Shown here piece by piece: positions 25,603 to 36,356 of a DNA stretch of 64,000 bases. How positions within the stretch are numbered: the stretch's first letter is position 1; each line of letters opens with the position of its first letter. The notes beneath the pieces are model-generated. The model made no database searches and had not been told where the DNA came from. It saw only the letters and a list, made by a program, of their open reading frames with translations. Made by a program: the position numbers and the translations under genes. Source of the stretch: Bacilli bacterium (lineage in GTDB: Bacteria; Bacillota_I; Bacilli_A; RFN20; CAG-826); the NCBI GenBank assembly GCA_044372565.1, contig JBILRP010000002.1, positions 17,396 through 81,395 on the forward strand, written 5' to 3'.

Positions 25603-27159
25603 TTAGGCAGCAGTTTCTTCAGCTTCTTCGTCATAAAGCGTTGGGAAACGTTCTTTGAAGAAATCATAGATGGTTTGATCGTGGAACTTTAAGTCTGCAA
25701 GTTTTAACCAGTGAAGATTGCTTGCATTGATGCTAGCTTCACGAACACCGAGGATTCGAGCAATTTCACCAGCGATTAATGTACGTGTTTCGCCATCGTC
25801 ACCAACAATCGCATCGTAATTGGTGGTTGAAGTCGTCGAGGCATTCATCTTGGTGGTATTGACAGCTTCTAAAACTTGAACGATGTAATAGGTGGTGCTA
25901 TTGGCGTCATAGAGCAAGAAGTTTCTGGTGTCATTTTGTTGTGAAGTTTGGGGGATTAAATAGCTGACGCCATTAATCTTTCTTAAGAAATCTGAGGTTT
26001 GAGGATTTGCTACACCAGCAGTTTCATCACTGATGCGATCAATCGCATTGGCCACCCCGATATTAAAGACTCGGTCGCGGATTGATGCAGGAAGTGATCC
26101 TAAACCACCGTTTTTCACATGCCAACCATCGGTTGTAAAATCACGTTTGCTTAACTCATTAGCCTTAATGGCCAACCCTATTTCAGGGGTGTATTGACCA
26201 TTACCGGTGAATTCACTTTCGATTGACTTATCGGTTAATAATGGGTTTTCTGGATTGATTTTGCTGAAGCGTTCTAAGATTTCACCGTAAAGGTTGCGAG
26301 GAAATGCTTCGCCGCCAGCTAAACCAGCATCCACTAATAATTGATATTCTGGGGAATCAGAATCATTATCAAAACCAACTCCACGCCATGCGCGAGCTAA
26401 GAGTTCAAGGTCGGCAACTCCTTCAGCATCTTCGCCTAGAATGTATTGATCAATAAATGTATCCATAAGGTATTTAACCGCTTCTGGATATTCTGTGGAG
26501 ACCTTTAAAGCCACATAATTAACACGACGAGCATAACTTCTTCCTAAGGAAGAGTAATCTTCATCAATTAAATAAGATTCCACTAATAATTCACGATAGA
26601 TTTTTGGTAATAAGTTATTTTGAATAAAGTCTTCGTAGTATTCAAGGTGAATCGCATCTTCTAAAATATCACCTGATTCAATCGCTTCGGTATTACGTGG
26701 TGGGAAAATGAAATCAACAATCCATGGGTCATTGGCTTCACGGTTTAATGTATAAAGTTGCTTTTCAATGGAGAAAGCAAATCGTTCTTCAGAAAATAAA
26801 TTTCTAGTTTCAAATTGACCAGAAGCAATGAGATCATACATTTTGACATTGATTCTGCGTTCAATTTTTTCAACCAAAGCTTCATCCGTTGGATCATTAG
26901 AAGCTAGCAAATCAGTGTAATTACCTAAACGATCTTCAGCGACAAGAAACATGACATCTTCGAGAGTACGTTGAGTTAAATTACCACCATCACGAAGAGC
27001 ATCATAGACCACTGAGTTGACGTTTTTTTCTAATTCTGTGACCAAACCACCAAGAATTTCACCATCATTATCGGTTGGGGAAATAGTAATTTCGGTACAT
27101 CCAACTAAAAAAACAGCGGTTAATGCAATGGCCGTTGCTTTGAATTTATTGTTGAACAT
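25603..27159 (-). CDS. putative lipoprotein, function unknown
   Basis: The start MFNNKFKATAIALTAVFLVGC has a lipobox (LVGC) and an AGAGGA RBS. The track ORF is extended upstream to 27246. Overlaps the upstream lipoprotein gene by 14 nt. Confidence 0.6.
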   Translation of the reverse strand: MFNNKFKATAIALTAVFLVGCTEITISPTDNDGEILGGLVTELEKNVNSVVYDALRDGGNLTQRTLEDVMFLVAEDRLGNYTDLLASNDPTDEALVEKIERRINVKMYDLIASGQFETRNLFSEERFAFSIEKQLYTLNREANDPWIVDFIFPPRNTEAIESGDILEDAIHLEYYEDFIQNNLLPKIYRELLVESYLIDEDYSSLGRSYARRVNYVALKVSTEYPEAVKYLMDTFIDQYILGEDAEGVADLELLARAWRGVGFDNDSDSPEYQLLVDAGLAGGEAFPRNLYGEILERFSKINPENPLLTDKSIESEFTGNGQYTPEIGLAIKANELSKRDFTTDGWHVKNGGLGSLPASIRDRVFNIGVANAIDRISDETAGVANPQTSDFLRKINGVSYLIPQTSQQNDTRNFLLYDANSTTYYIVQVLEAVNTTKMNASTTSTTNYDAIVGDDGETRTLIAGEIARILGVREASINASNLHWLKLADLKFHDQTIYDFFKERFPTLYDEEAEETAA

Positions 27160-28861
27160 AGCAAATTCCTCTTTCATTTTCAGCATCGGTTTCCGAATAA
27201 ATACCACCGTCATTAAACCGATAGGCATAAGCACAATCTTCATCAATTAAACGTTGACGTTGGAATTCTTGATATTCTAAGAATTCAATATAACTATTCC
27301 AAGTATTCAATTCTTGTAAGTCTTGATCAAAGGCAGCACTACGACGTGTGACATCCATGTAGCGTAAAACTGCATCTTCTAAATCTTCATCAATAAAAGT
27401 AACTTCTTGTTCGGAAATTAATTGTTCTAACATTCTAAAGTTGAAGAAACGATCAAAGTTACGAATTTCGTTCTTCACGGTTTCTGATCGAGTTTTATAG
27501 TTGGCTGTGGTTGTCACATTAAAGTTGACAAATGTTACCAAATCTTCACCATCTGCTGTTGGATAATTTGGGGTTCCAGGAATTTCAGTGGTGTAGTAAT
27601 CTTCTAAGGAAACACCATTTTGAATATCCACTAATGCTGAACGTTCCACCACAATAAAGTGAATCCCTTGATAGCCACTTTCACCGCTTCCGGTTCCAGC
27701 ACGAACCACCAAGATGACTCGACCATTTTCATCCGTTAAAACACGTTGGCCACCAAGTTCGGTGACGTTTTGGAATCCATTGTAAATATAATCTCCACCA
27801 CCGCGGCTTTCTGGCGTAACCACAGAAATATTATGACGATTGAAGTATTGATTAAAGATGATGTTTCTTGGGAAATACATTGAATCATTGTTATTGACTG
27901 GGTTTCCATTTGAATCCTTGGTGACGTTTGCAAACTCATTTAAGGAGACGAATGCATGGAAAGGAATAGTTCCTAATCCTAGTTCATCAAAGAAATCAAA
28001 TGCAGTTTCTGGGACATTCAAGTCATCGGCTTTGCTAACAACTTCTGCATTTTGATTAAAGACAGCGTCATAGGCATAGACACCTAATTTAAATTCATTC
28101 ACAAAACTAGTTGCTTTGGACATAATGCCTAAGTCACCGAATTGTTCTTTAGAACCATCTTCACTCATTTCACGAGCGACTTCACCAAAGGTTTCACCAT
28201 TTTGTTGAATGGCTAAACGGTTCGCAACTGCAAAGAGTTTTTTGGCTTCTGCTTCGGAGATTCGACCATTATATAGATCAGCTCCTGCGGCAGATACTTT
28301 TACCAAGATGTGCTTCACATGGTATGGTAAACGTTCATTTAAGTAACCAGGTCCAAAATCGTTACCAGTTAAAAAGCTCTCTTTATTATCATCAAAGAAA
28401 CGATCTTCGACTTCTTGCTTCATGGTGCGGTAAGCAAAGTAATCTTTTAATTCTTCTAAATCCTCAACATTATAGGATTCGAACAATGTTTCTAATTCAT
28501 CGTTGTAATTGGTTCCATTAGTAGAGGCATTGGTACGGGCGGTTTCTTTAACCCCGTCAACACTAATGTCGGCTTTACGAAGAATTTCCGCTCGTAAGGC
28601 TTGAGTCGTTGCATCTTCTTGATTGATTTGGTTACGAATAACCAATTCAGTCACCGATTCAACGAACTTAGAAACACCAAATTCATTATTTTGGTATTGT
28701 CCAAAGAGGGCATCCGCTGTGTAACCAGTGACTCCCCCATCTTTGTCTTTCATGGTAATAACAAAACCATCACTATTTTCTGTAACAGGATTTGTGCATG
28801 CACTTAACGTGACAAGCGTTGCCAGCGCAAATGATGCGATGGCGAATTTTCTACGATTCAT
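27146..28861 (-). CDS. prsA: lipoprotein with a parvulin-type peptidyl-prolyl isomerase domain (PrsA-like foldase)
   Basis: Lipobox TLSAC. The internal segment YHVKHILVKV...FGEVAREMSEDGSKEQFGDLGIMSKATSFVNEFKLGVYA matches the PpiC/parvulin pattern. RBS GGAGGA. Confidence 0.65.
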   Translation of the reverse strand: MNRRKFAIASFALATLVTLSACTNPVTENSDGFVITMKDKDGGVTGYTADALFGQYQNNEFGVSKFVESVTELVIRNQINQEDATTQALRAEILRKADISVDGVKETARTNASTNGTNYNDELETLFESYNVEDLEELKDYFAYRTMKQEVEDRFFDDNKESFLTGNDFGPGYLNERLPYHVKHILVKVSAAGADLYNGRISEAEAKKLFAVANRLAIQQNGETFGEVAREMSEDGSKEQFGDLGIMSKATSFVNEFKLGVYAYDAVFNQNAEVVSKADDLNVPETAFDFFDELGLGTIPFHAFVSLNEFANVTKDSNGNPVNNNDSMYFPRNIIFNQYFNRHNISVVTPESRGGGDYIYNGFQNVTELGGQRVLTDENGRVILVVRAGTGSGESGYQGIHFIVVERSALVDIQNGVSLEDYYTTEIPGTPNYPTADGEDLVTFVNFNVTTTANYKTRSETVKNEIRNFDRFFNFRMLEQLISEQEVTFIDEDLEDAVLRYMDVTRRSAAFDQDLQELNTWNSYIEFLEYQEFQRQRLIDEDCAYAYRFNDGGIYSETDAENERGICYVQQ

Positions 28862-29069
28862 TTCTTAAGAATCCTCCTAGCAATAAAGCATAGTTATTTT
28901 ATAATTTTATATGGTCATATTCAACAAATATCTACTTAAGTTAACGTTAAGCTTCTTGTAGGTTGATTGATAAAGACCAAAATAACTTAAATAACTGCAA
29001 AACCAACATATCATATTGTTTGTGATATCCACTCCAATAACGTAAAATAAACCCTTGAAGGAGACAATC

Positions 29070-29918
29070 ATGTCAAAGTTAGAAATTAAGAATTTATGGG
29101 TTAAAGTTGCCAATATCAATATATTAAAGGGTGTCAACTTAATGATCAATGATCATGAGACGGTTGCGCTCTTGGGTCCTAATGGTCATGGCAAGTCTAC
29201 ATTATTATCTGCGATCATGGGTCACCCCAAGTATGAGATTACCGAAGGTGAAATCCTCTTGGATGGCAAGAATGTTCTTGATATGGAAGTGGATGAACGT
29301 TCAAAAGCAGGTTTATTTTTAGGTATGCAGCATCCTTCTGAAGTTCCTGGCGTCATCAATTCAGACTTTTTAAAGGCTGCGATTAACACTCGAAGAGAAA
29401 AACCAATTTCTTTGGTTGAATTATACAAAAAGCTGGATGATGCCTCAAAACAAATGAAAATTCCAATGGAGTTAAGTCACCGTCATCTCAACGAAGGTTT
29501 TTCAGGTGGTGAAAGAAAACGTAATGAAATTCTTCAATTATTACTTCTTCAACCAAGGGTTGCCATGTTAGATGAAATTGATTCAGGTCTTGACGTGGAT
29601 GCTCTTCAAACAGTTGCCAATGCAATTAAAAAGATCCAAAAAGAAACCAAAACAAGTTTTTTAATTATTTCTCACTATGCCCGCTTGTTCCAAATGATTC
29701 AACCAACCCGAGTGGTGGTCATGATCAACGGTCGCGTGGCAGTCGAAGGTGGTCCAGAAGTCATCACTAAGATTGATGGTTCAGGGTATGAATGGTTAAC
29801 CAAAGAATATGGCATTAGCATTAAAAAAGAAGATAAAGATGCGAAACCATTCTCCATGAACACCATTTCGATTGGCGCTTGTGCTACCAACGAGGTTGCC
29901 AACCATGCCAAGAAATAA
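29070..29918 (+). CDS. sufC: Fe-S cluster assembly ATPase SufC
   Basis: GPNGHGKSTL, the SufC-type signature motif FSGGERKR, and Walker B MLDEIDSGLD. RBS GAAGGAG precedes ATG 29070. Confidence 0.9.
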   Translation: MSKLEIKNLWVKVANINILKGVNLMINDHETVALLGPNGHGKSTLLSAIMGHPKYEITEGEILLDGKNVLDMEVDERSKAGLFLGMQHPSEVPGVINSDFLKAAINTRREKPISLVELYKKLDDASKQMKIPMELSHRHLNEGFSGGERKRNEILQLLLLQPRVAMLDEIDSGLDVDALQTVANAIKKIQKETKTSFLIISHYARLFQMIQPTRVVVMINGRVAVEGGPEVITKIDGSGYEWLTKEYGISIKKEDKDAKPFSMNTISIGACATNEVANHAKK

Positions 29919-30726
29919 GCTCGTTGCGAATCAACAGGTTTATCACATTCCTTCTTCAAGAGAACGGGTGAGTTATTTTCTTGATTTAAATGAAGTTAAA
30001 AAATCGCCAATCCACTTAGTCATTGCCCCAGAGGCTGATCTTGATTTATTGATTCAAAATGGCACTGAAGATGTGGTGATTGAAGTCGATATCGCCGATC
30101 AAGTTCGCGGAAAAATTCAATTTGCCATGTTTGGCAAAAACAAGAACTTAACCTGGAATGCATCGGTTGGATCGAATGTTCAAATCGATGCTGCCATTGC
30201 CGATTTTACAGAAGGAAAAGGCAAAGTTTTCATTCGTTTTGACATGTTAGGTAGAGATTCACAACTTGAATGGAGAACTGCCGCTTTGGCAAGTCATCAA
30301 GACCGTAAATTTTATTCGGTTAATTTTACCCACAAGAATTTTAATACCTATGCGAACATGACCAATTATGGGGTGACCGAAGGCAATAGCAGTTTACAGT
30401 TCACAGGCACGGGTCACATCTTAAACGGCGCAAAGTTTTCGAAAACTCATCAAGCGGCGAAAATCATGGTCTTTGATGAAAAATGTTTTGGTCGCGCGGA
30501 TCCTGTGCTTAAGATTGATGAAAATGAAGTCGAAGCGTCCCATGCTGCCACCGTGGGTCGAGTCAATGAAGAACATCTTTACTATCTTCAATCGCGAGGC
30601 TTAAGCAAAAAAGAAGCAAAAAGAATTATCACTCTTGGATATTTACAACCTATCATCGCCTATTTTACGGATGAAACCATCCAAGCTCAGCTATCATCAC
30701 AAATCGATATTGGCAAGAAAGAATGA
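29905..30726 (+). CDS. sufD: Fe-S cluster assembly protein SufD (short form, 273 aa)
   Basis: The C-terminal pattern HAATVGRVNEEHLYYLQSRGLSKKEAKRIITLGYL is typical of SufB/SufD. It sits between sufC and sufS. Confidence 0.8.
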   Translation: MPRNKLVANQQVYHIPSSRERVSYFLDLNEVKKSPIHLVIAPEADLDLLIQNGTEDVVIEVDIADQVRGKIQFAMFGKNKNLTWNASVGSNVQIDAAIADFTEGKGKVFIRFDMLGRDSQLEWRTAALASHQDRKFYSVNFTHKNFNTYANMTNYGVTEGNSSLQFTGTGHILNGAKFSKTHQAAKIMVFDEKCFGRADPVLKIDENEVEASHAATVGRVNEEHLYYLQSRGLSKKEAKRIITLGYLQPIIAYFTDETIQAQLSSQIDIGKKE

Positions 30727-31946
30727 CCATCCAAGACATTCGTCGGGATTTCCCTATTTTGAAAAAGAAGTTCAAAGGTAAAACTTTGGCGTATTTTGAT
30801 AATGCAGCGACGAGTCTAAAACCATTGCCTGTGATTCGCGCAATCAATCATTATTATTTAGATTTGCCTGTCAATGCTGGCCGAGGAGAATATGATTTAT
30901 CCTTTGCTTTAGAAAAAGAAATTGACCAAGCAAGAGAAAAGGTTGCCTCGTTTATTCATGCAACCGCTAAAGAAATCATCTTCACCACGGGAACAACCAT
31001 GGGTATCAATATGATTGCTCAAAGTTATGCAATGAACGTCCTCAAGAAAGGTGATGAAATCATCATCACTGAATCTGAGCATGCGGCCAATGTTTTGCCT
31101 TGGTACCAAGTGGTAGAAAAAACCGGAGCAAAACTAATCATCTTAGATTTAGATCAAGAACAACGTTTAACCCCAACTTTGCTAAAACCTTATTTAAATT
31201 CAAAAACAAAAATCGTTTCTTTTGCCGATGTTAGCAATGTGCTTGGGACAAAAACCGATGTTCAATCCATTAGTCAAATGGTTCATGAGGTTGGCGGTCT
31301 GGTGATTGTCGATGGGGCGCAATCGGTTCCTCATTTCCCGACCAATGTCAGCGAACTTGGCATTGATTTTTTAGTCTTCTCTGGCCATAAAATGCTAGGC
31401 CCAACAGGCATTGGTGTTCTGTATGGAAAAATTGCCCTACTAGAAAAAATGAAACCCTTTTATACAGGGGGCGGCATGTCGCTTCGTTATAACAAAAAAC
31501 AAGAAGTGAAGTATGCTCCCATCCCCCAAATTTTTGAAGCGGGAACGCAACATTGGTCAGGCATTATTGGCTTAAGTGCAGCGATCAGCTATTTGCAACG
31601 TGTTGGTTTTGATTTTATACATGCCCAAGAAAGCAAACTAAGACAGCATGCCCTTGCTGGTCTTAAAAAGATTGCTCATGTCCAAGTTTATAACGATCAA
31701 ACGGAAGCAGCGATCATTGCCTTTAATATCAAAGGGGTCAACCCACAAGATGCTGCCACCTATTTTAATAGCCAAGGGATCGCCGTTCGTTCGGGTCAGC
31801 ATTGTGCTCGTAACTTGGTCGAGTACTTAAAAACTGACGGAACCGTTCGTTGGTCTGCATATTTTTATAACACCATCCAAGAGGTTGACCGATTTTTAAA
31901 GGCCGCTGAAGATGGGAGGAATTTTCTTGATGCATACTTTCAATGA
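30723..31946 (+). CDS. sufS: cysteine desulfurase SufS
   Basis: PLP lysine region FSGHKMLGPTGIGVLYG and active-site RSGQHCA. ATGA overlap with sufD. Confidence 0.9.
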   Translation: MTIQDIRRDFPILKKKFKGKTLAYFDNAATSLKPLPVIRAINHYYLDLPVNAGRGEYDLSFALEKEIDQAREKVASFIHATAKEIIFTTGTTMGINMIAQSYAMNVLKKGDEIIITESEHAANVLPWYQVVEKTGAKLIILDLDQEQRLTPTLLKPYLNSKTKIVSFADVSNVLGTKTDVQSISQMVHEVGGLVIVDGAQSVPHFPTNVSELGIDFLVFSGHKMLGPTGIGVLYGKIALLEKMKPFYTGGGMSLRYNKKQEVKYAPIPQIFEAGTQHWSGIIGLSAAISYLQRVGFDFIHAQESKLRQHALAGLKKIAHVQVYNDQTEAAIIAFNIKGVNPQDAATYFNSQGIAVRSGQHCARNLVEYLKTDGTVRWSAYFYNTIQEVDRFLKAAEDGRNFLDAYFQ

Positions 31947-32364
31947 TCCGATTGTGATGCGCCAAGTGATCATGGATCATTATGAGCATCCACGAAATAA
32001 GTTCAAACTAAACCTTCCAGGGGCTCGCACCATCCATATGGATACCGCAGGTTGTATCGATGATATCGATGTGAATATTGTGATCGAACGTGGCATAATT
32101 AAAGCGCTTAGTTTTGATGGCGTTGCTTGTACCATCTCAACCGCATCCACGTCCATCATGACTGAGTTGATTCAAGGAAAGACATTAGAAGAAGCAACGT
32201 ATATCGTTGATCAATATATCAAGATGATTCATGCTCAACCATATGATGAGTCGGTGTTGGGTGAAGCGATGGTCTTTCAAAATACGCACAAGCAAGCTAG
32301 TCGAATTAAATGTGCAACCCTTGGTTGGCAAGGGTTATCCCAATTATTAAAGGAGAAAAAATAA
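31930..32364 (+). CDS. sufU: SufU/IscU-like sulfur-transfer scaffold
   Basis: [11 protein letters not shown] at the N-terminus, and Cys residues at the GC, GVACTIS and IKCATL positions typical of SufU. Confidence 0.8.
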   Translation: MHTFNDPIVMRQVIMDHYEHPRNKFKLNLPGARTIHMDTAGCIDDIDVNIVIERGIIKALSFDGVACTISTASTSIMTELIQGKTLEEATYIVDQYIKMIHAQPYDESVLGEAMVFQNTHKQASRIKCATLGWQGLSQLLKEKK

Positions 32365-32365
32365 C

Positions 32366-33763
32366 ATGGATAAAGATAATATTCCCCAAGACGAATACCG
32401 TTACGGGTTTAATGATAAAGACGTCTCAATCATGAAAACTGACAAGGGCATCAGTGAAGCCATCGTCAGACAAATTTCTCGTCTTAAAAAAGAACCCAAA
32501 TGGATGGAAGAAAAACGGGTGGAAGCCTACAAAATTTTCCAAGGGTTAAGTTTACCGAAATTTGGTCCTGATTTAAGCTTTATTGATTTTCAAACGTATA
32601 CGTATTACACCAAACCTTCAGAACGCGAAGAAACCACCTGGGATAAAGTTCCTGCCACGATCAAGAAAACCTTTGAAAAATTAGGCATTCCTGAAGCAGA
32701 AGCAAAATATTTATCTGGGGTTACCACTCAATATGAATCCGAAGTGGTTTACCATTCGATGCTCAAAGAAGTTGAAGATAAGGGCATTAAATTTTTATCC
32801 ACGGATGAAGGATTAAAACAATTCCCGGAATTATTTGAAAAGTACTTTGCTTCCGTGATTGCCATCAATGATAACAAGTTTGCCGCTTTGAATACGGCAG
32901 TTTGGTCTGGTGGGTCGTTTATTTATGTCCCTAAGAATGTTCATTTGGAAAAACCACTTCAAGCTTATTTTAGAATCAACAATGAAAAGACTGGTCAATT
33001 TGAACGGACGTTAATCATTGTTGATGAAGGTGCTAGCGTCAATTATGTTGAAGGTTGCACCGCGCCAATTTACGCGATGGAATCGTTACATGCTGCGGTG
33101 GTGGAAATTGTAGTTTTACCAAATGCAAAATGCCGATATACCACCATCCAAAATTGGTCGCCCAATGTGTTAAACCTTGTCACCAAACGTGCTTATTGCC
33201 ATGAGTTTGCGCAAATGGAATGGATTGATGGCAACATTGGTTCGATGAAAAACATGAAGTATCCTGCGGTTGTTTTAGGTGGTCGAGGTTCTAAAGGAAC
33301 CGTCATCTCGATTGCCGTTGCCGGTAAAGGCCAAGAACAAGATGCGGGCGCAAGAATGATTCATTTAGCCCCAGACACATCCTCAACCATTGTTTCTAAA
33401 ACGATTGTTAGAAATGGTGGGGTAAGTAATTATCGCGGCACTGTTCGCATTCACCCGGAAGCGATTAATTCTAAAAATCACACTGAATGTGACACGCTCA
33501 TTTTAGATGGTTTTTCTAAAGCGGATACCATTCCTAAAGACGAAGTGTTAAACAACGAATCGTTTATCGAACACGAAGCAACCGTGAGTAAAATTTCTGA
33601 AGATCAATTGTTCTATTTGATGTCACGTGGTTTATCCGAAGAAAACGCCACCCAAATGATTATCATGGGATTCATTGAACCTTTCTCACGCGAATTACCG
33701 ATGGAATATGCCGTTGAATTAAATCATTTGATTAAACTAGAGATGGAAGGTAGTGTCGGCTAA
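32366..33763 (+). CDS. sufB: Fe-S cluster assembly protein SufB
   Basis: 465 aa with typical motifs ([45 protein letters not shown]). Confidence 0.92.
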   Translation: MDKDNIPQDEYRYGFNDKDVSIMKTDKGISEAIVRQISRLKKEPKWMEEKRVEAYKIFQGLSLPKFGPDLSFIDFQTYTYYTKPSEREETTWDKVPATIKKTFEKLGIPEAEAKYLSGVTTQYESEVVYHSMLKEVEDKGIKFLSTDEGLKQFPELFEKYFASVIAINDNKFAALNTAVWSGGSFIYVPKNVHLEKPLQAYFRINNEKTGQFERTLIIVDEGASVNYVEGCTAPIYAMESLHAAVVEIVVLPNAKCRYTTIQNWSPNVLNLVTKRAYCHEFAQMEWIDGNIGSMKNMKYPAVVLGGRGSKGTVISIAVAGKGQEQDAGARMIHLAPDTSSTIVSKTIVRNGGVSNYRGTVRIHPEAINSKNHTECDTLILDGFSKADTIPKDEVLNNESFIEHEATVSKISEDQLFYLMSRGLSEENATQMIIMGFIEPFSRELPMEYAVELNHLIKLEMEGSVG

Positions 33764-33769
33764 AAGATT

Positions 33770-35659
33770 ATGTCTCGTTTTGAAGTGATTGTGATTGGCG
33801 GTGGTCATGCTGGTTTAGAAGCAGCTTTTGCTGCTGCCAACATGGGCGCAAAAACGTTACTGATTACCCTGAATAAAAAAATGATGGGCAACATGCCTTG
33901 TAATCCCTCCATTGGCGGAAGTGCCAAAGGAATTGTGGTCAGAGAAATTGATGCCCTCGGTGGAAAAATGGGCATCGGTGCTGACGCTGAGTATTTGCAA
34001 ATGAAAATGCTAAACACAGGTAAAGGCCCTGGTGTTCAATGTTTAAGAGCCCAAGTTGATAAAATTACCTATCCTCGATTCATGCAAAAATTAGCTGATG
34101 AAACCGAAAACCTCACGGTTAGAGAAGCGATGGTTTTAGATTTACTTCACGATGATCACCACGTCTTTGGTGTGGTGTTATCAACGGGAGAAAAAATTCA
34201 ATCCGATGCAGTTATTTTAACCACAGGTACCTATATGGAATCGGAAGTATTGGTTGGTTTAACCAAGCGGTCGGCGGGACCCGATGGGGAAAACCCAAGT
34301 CTAGGATTATCACCTAATTTAGCAAAAATGGGCATCGAACTATTTCGCTTAAAAACGGGTACACCTCCTCGAATCAAAAGAGATTCGATTGATTTTTCAA
34401 AAATGGATCCTCAATATCCTTCAGAAGGACACTTGGTCTTTTCTACACAAACCAATAAAATCAAACCCTTTGCAGACCAAGCGTTATGTTACTTAATTCA
34501 TACCCAACCAACCACCCATCAAATCATTCGTGATAATTTAAAAAAATCCGCGATGTTTGGTGGCCTCGTCACTGGAGTGGGCCCACGCTATTGCCCTTCG
34601 ATTGAAGACAAAGTTGTTCGCTTCGCAGACAAAGAACGTCATCAACTGTTTATCGAACCAGAATCCGCAGAAACAGATTCCATGTATCTACAAGGTTTTT
34701 CAACCTCGATGCCACCTGAGATTCAAGAAAAAATGGTCCGCTCGTTACCGGGATTAGAAAAAGCTGTGTTCTTAAAATATGCTTATGCGATTGAGTATGA
34801 TGCGATTGTTCCTACTCAATTTGATTTAACCTTGCAAGTTAAAAAGTGGCCAGGTCTATATGGTGCTGGTCAAATTTTTGGCACATCAGGTTATGAAGAA
34901 GCCGCTGGTGCCGGGATCATGGCAGGCATTAATGCGGTGAGAAAAATTCGACAATTACCACCAGTGATTCTACGAAGAGATCAAGCTTATATTGGGGTGA
35001 TGATTGATGACCTTGTCACCAAAGGAACGCAAGAACCTTACCGGTTGTTATCCTCACGTGCGGAATACCGACTCTTGATCCGTCACGATAATGCCGAATC
35101 ACGCTTAACCGAGATTGGTTATCAAATTGGATTAGTCAAAGAAAAACAATTTGCTATTTTCCAACGTCAACAAAAGCAAATGAAAGACTTAGAATTACAC
35201 CTTAAGAGCATTTCCGTCAGACCCAATCCTTCCATCAATGCTTTTTTAGCGTCATTAAATCAAGGGGCATTACAAGGTGGGATTACCGCCTATGAATTGT
35301 TGCGTAGGCCACAAATTCACTTCCAAGACTTGCCTCCTTTTTTTCCAACGTTAGGAGAATGGGTGATTGATGAAACTTTGTTAAATCAACTTGAAATCAA
35401 TATCAAGTTTGTTGGTTATTTGGACAAAGAAATTAAACAAGCACAAGCTTTTTCAAAATACGAAGATTTAACCATTCCTCACACGATTGACTATCATGGG
35501 ATGGCAGGCATGGCGATGGAAGCAAGACAAAAATTAGATAAAGTTAGACCGCTGACCATTGGCCAAGCATCGCGTATTTCAGGAGTCAATCCAAGTGATA
35601 TTTCGTTGTTGGTGATGCAAATAAAGAGGGGAACGTTCTATGGAAATCGCCCAGCTTAA
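33770..35659 (+). CDS. mnmG: tRNA uridine 5-carboxymethylaminomethyl modification enzyme MnmG (GidA)
   Basis: The N-terminal FAD motif VIVIGGGHAGLEAA, plus GPRYCPSIE and TSRAEYRLL-like motifs. Confidence 0.93.
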   Translation: MSRFEVIVIGGGHAGLEAAFAAANMGAKTLLITLNKKMMGNMPCNPSIGGSAKGIVVREIDALGGKMGIGADAEYLQMKMLNTGKGPGVQCLRAQVDKITYPRFMQKLADETENLTVREAMVLDLLHDDHHVFGVVLSTGEKIQSDAVILTTGTYMESEVLVGLTKRSAGPDGENPSLGLSPNLAKMGIELFRLKTGTPPRIKRDSIDFSKMDPQYPSEGHLVFSTQTNKIKPFADQALCYLIHTQPTTHQIIRDNLKKSAMFGGLVTGVGPRYCPSIEDKVVRFADKERHQLFIEPESAETDSMYLQGFSTSMPPEIQEKMVRSLPGLEKAVFLKYAYAIEYDAIVPTQFDLTLQVKKWPGLYGAGQIFGTSGYEEAAGAGIMAGINAVRKIRQLPPVILRRDQAYIGVMIDDLVTKGTQEPYRLLSSRAEYRLLIRHDNAESRLTEIGYQIGLVKEKQFAIFQRQQKQMKDLELHLKSISVRPNPSINAFLASLNQGALQGGITAYELLRRPQIHFQDLPPFFPTLGEWVIDETLLNQLEINIKFVGYLDKEIKQAQAFSKYEDLTIPHTIDYHGMAGMAMEARQKLDKVRPLTIGQASRISGVNPSDISLLVMQIKRGTFYGNRPA

Positions 35660-36347
35660 ACTTGCCCTAAGTCAACTTGGGATTGCATTTAACGACGATC
35701 AACTCAAGACACTGGATCAGTTTGCCGCCATGGTGAATCGTACTAACCAATCTTTTAATTTAACCGCCCATGAAACGATTGAAATGATTAGAGAAAAAGG
35801 TATTTACGATAGTTTATGTTTTCCTCTTTCTCAATGGAAAGGCAAAGGTCGTTTGCTAGATTTAGGATCAGGGGCAGGGTTTCCTGGTATTCCTTTAAAC
35901 ATTATCTACCCCCAATTTTCAATCACATTATTAGAACCAACCCTGAAGAAAGCTGCTTTCTTGACTGAAGTGATTGCCGCATTACAACTTAAAAAAATCA
36001 ATGTGATCAGTCAACGTGCAGAAGTATTGGCTAGAAGTGAAGAATTCAAACGCTTTGATCTTGTGGTTGCAAGGGCCGTTGCTCCTTTACCAATTTTACT
36101 TGAATTGATGATTCCCCTTCTTAAAGTTGGTGGCCAAGCGCTTGTGTATAAGGGAAAAGATTACCTATCTGAAATCGCTTTATCTAAACATGCTTTGAGT
36201 GTGTTGGGTGCCTCGATTGTTGAAGTTAAGACACATCGATTGCCTACGGAACACGAACAACGTTCGTTATTAATCATTGAAAAAAACTCAGAAACCTCCA
36301 CCGTTTATCCTCGAATGTTTTCACAGATTAAAAAAACTCCTTTATAA
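35640..36347 (+). CDS. rsmG: 16S rRNA (guanine527-N7)-methyltransferase RsmG (GidB)
   Basis: SAM motif LLDLGSGAGFPGIPL. Conserved position after mnmG. Confidence 0.9.
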   Translation: MEIAQLKLALSQLGIAFNDDQLKTLDQFAAMVNRTNQSFNLTAHETIEMIREKGIYDSLCFPLSQWKGKGRLLDLGSGAGFPGIPLNIIYPQFSITLLEPTLKKAAFLTEVIAALQLKKINVISQRAEVLARSEEFKRFDLVVARAVAPLPILLELMIPLLKVGGQALVYKGKDYLSEIALSKHALSVLGASIVEVKTHRLPTEHEQRSLLIIEKNSETSTVYPRMFSQIKKTPL

Positions 36348-36356
36348 TAAGGGTAC

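Noticed and set aside
29007-29028. Inverted repeat ATATCA-N9-TGATAT, and the nearby CTTAA...TTAAG/GTTAAC palindromes, upstream of sufC as a possible regulator site
   Set aside because: These are short AT-rich repeats in an AT-rich intergenic region, so they are easily produced by chance. I recognise no matching regulator consensus. I note them but do not call them as features.
28907-29149. 80-aa minus-strand ORF in the sufC upstream region
   Set aside because: It is an AT-rich, Ile/Leu/Phe-rich translation with no RBS, and it overlaps the sufC RBS and start. It is most likely a chance ORF in a promoter region.
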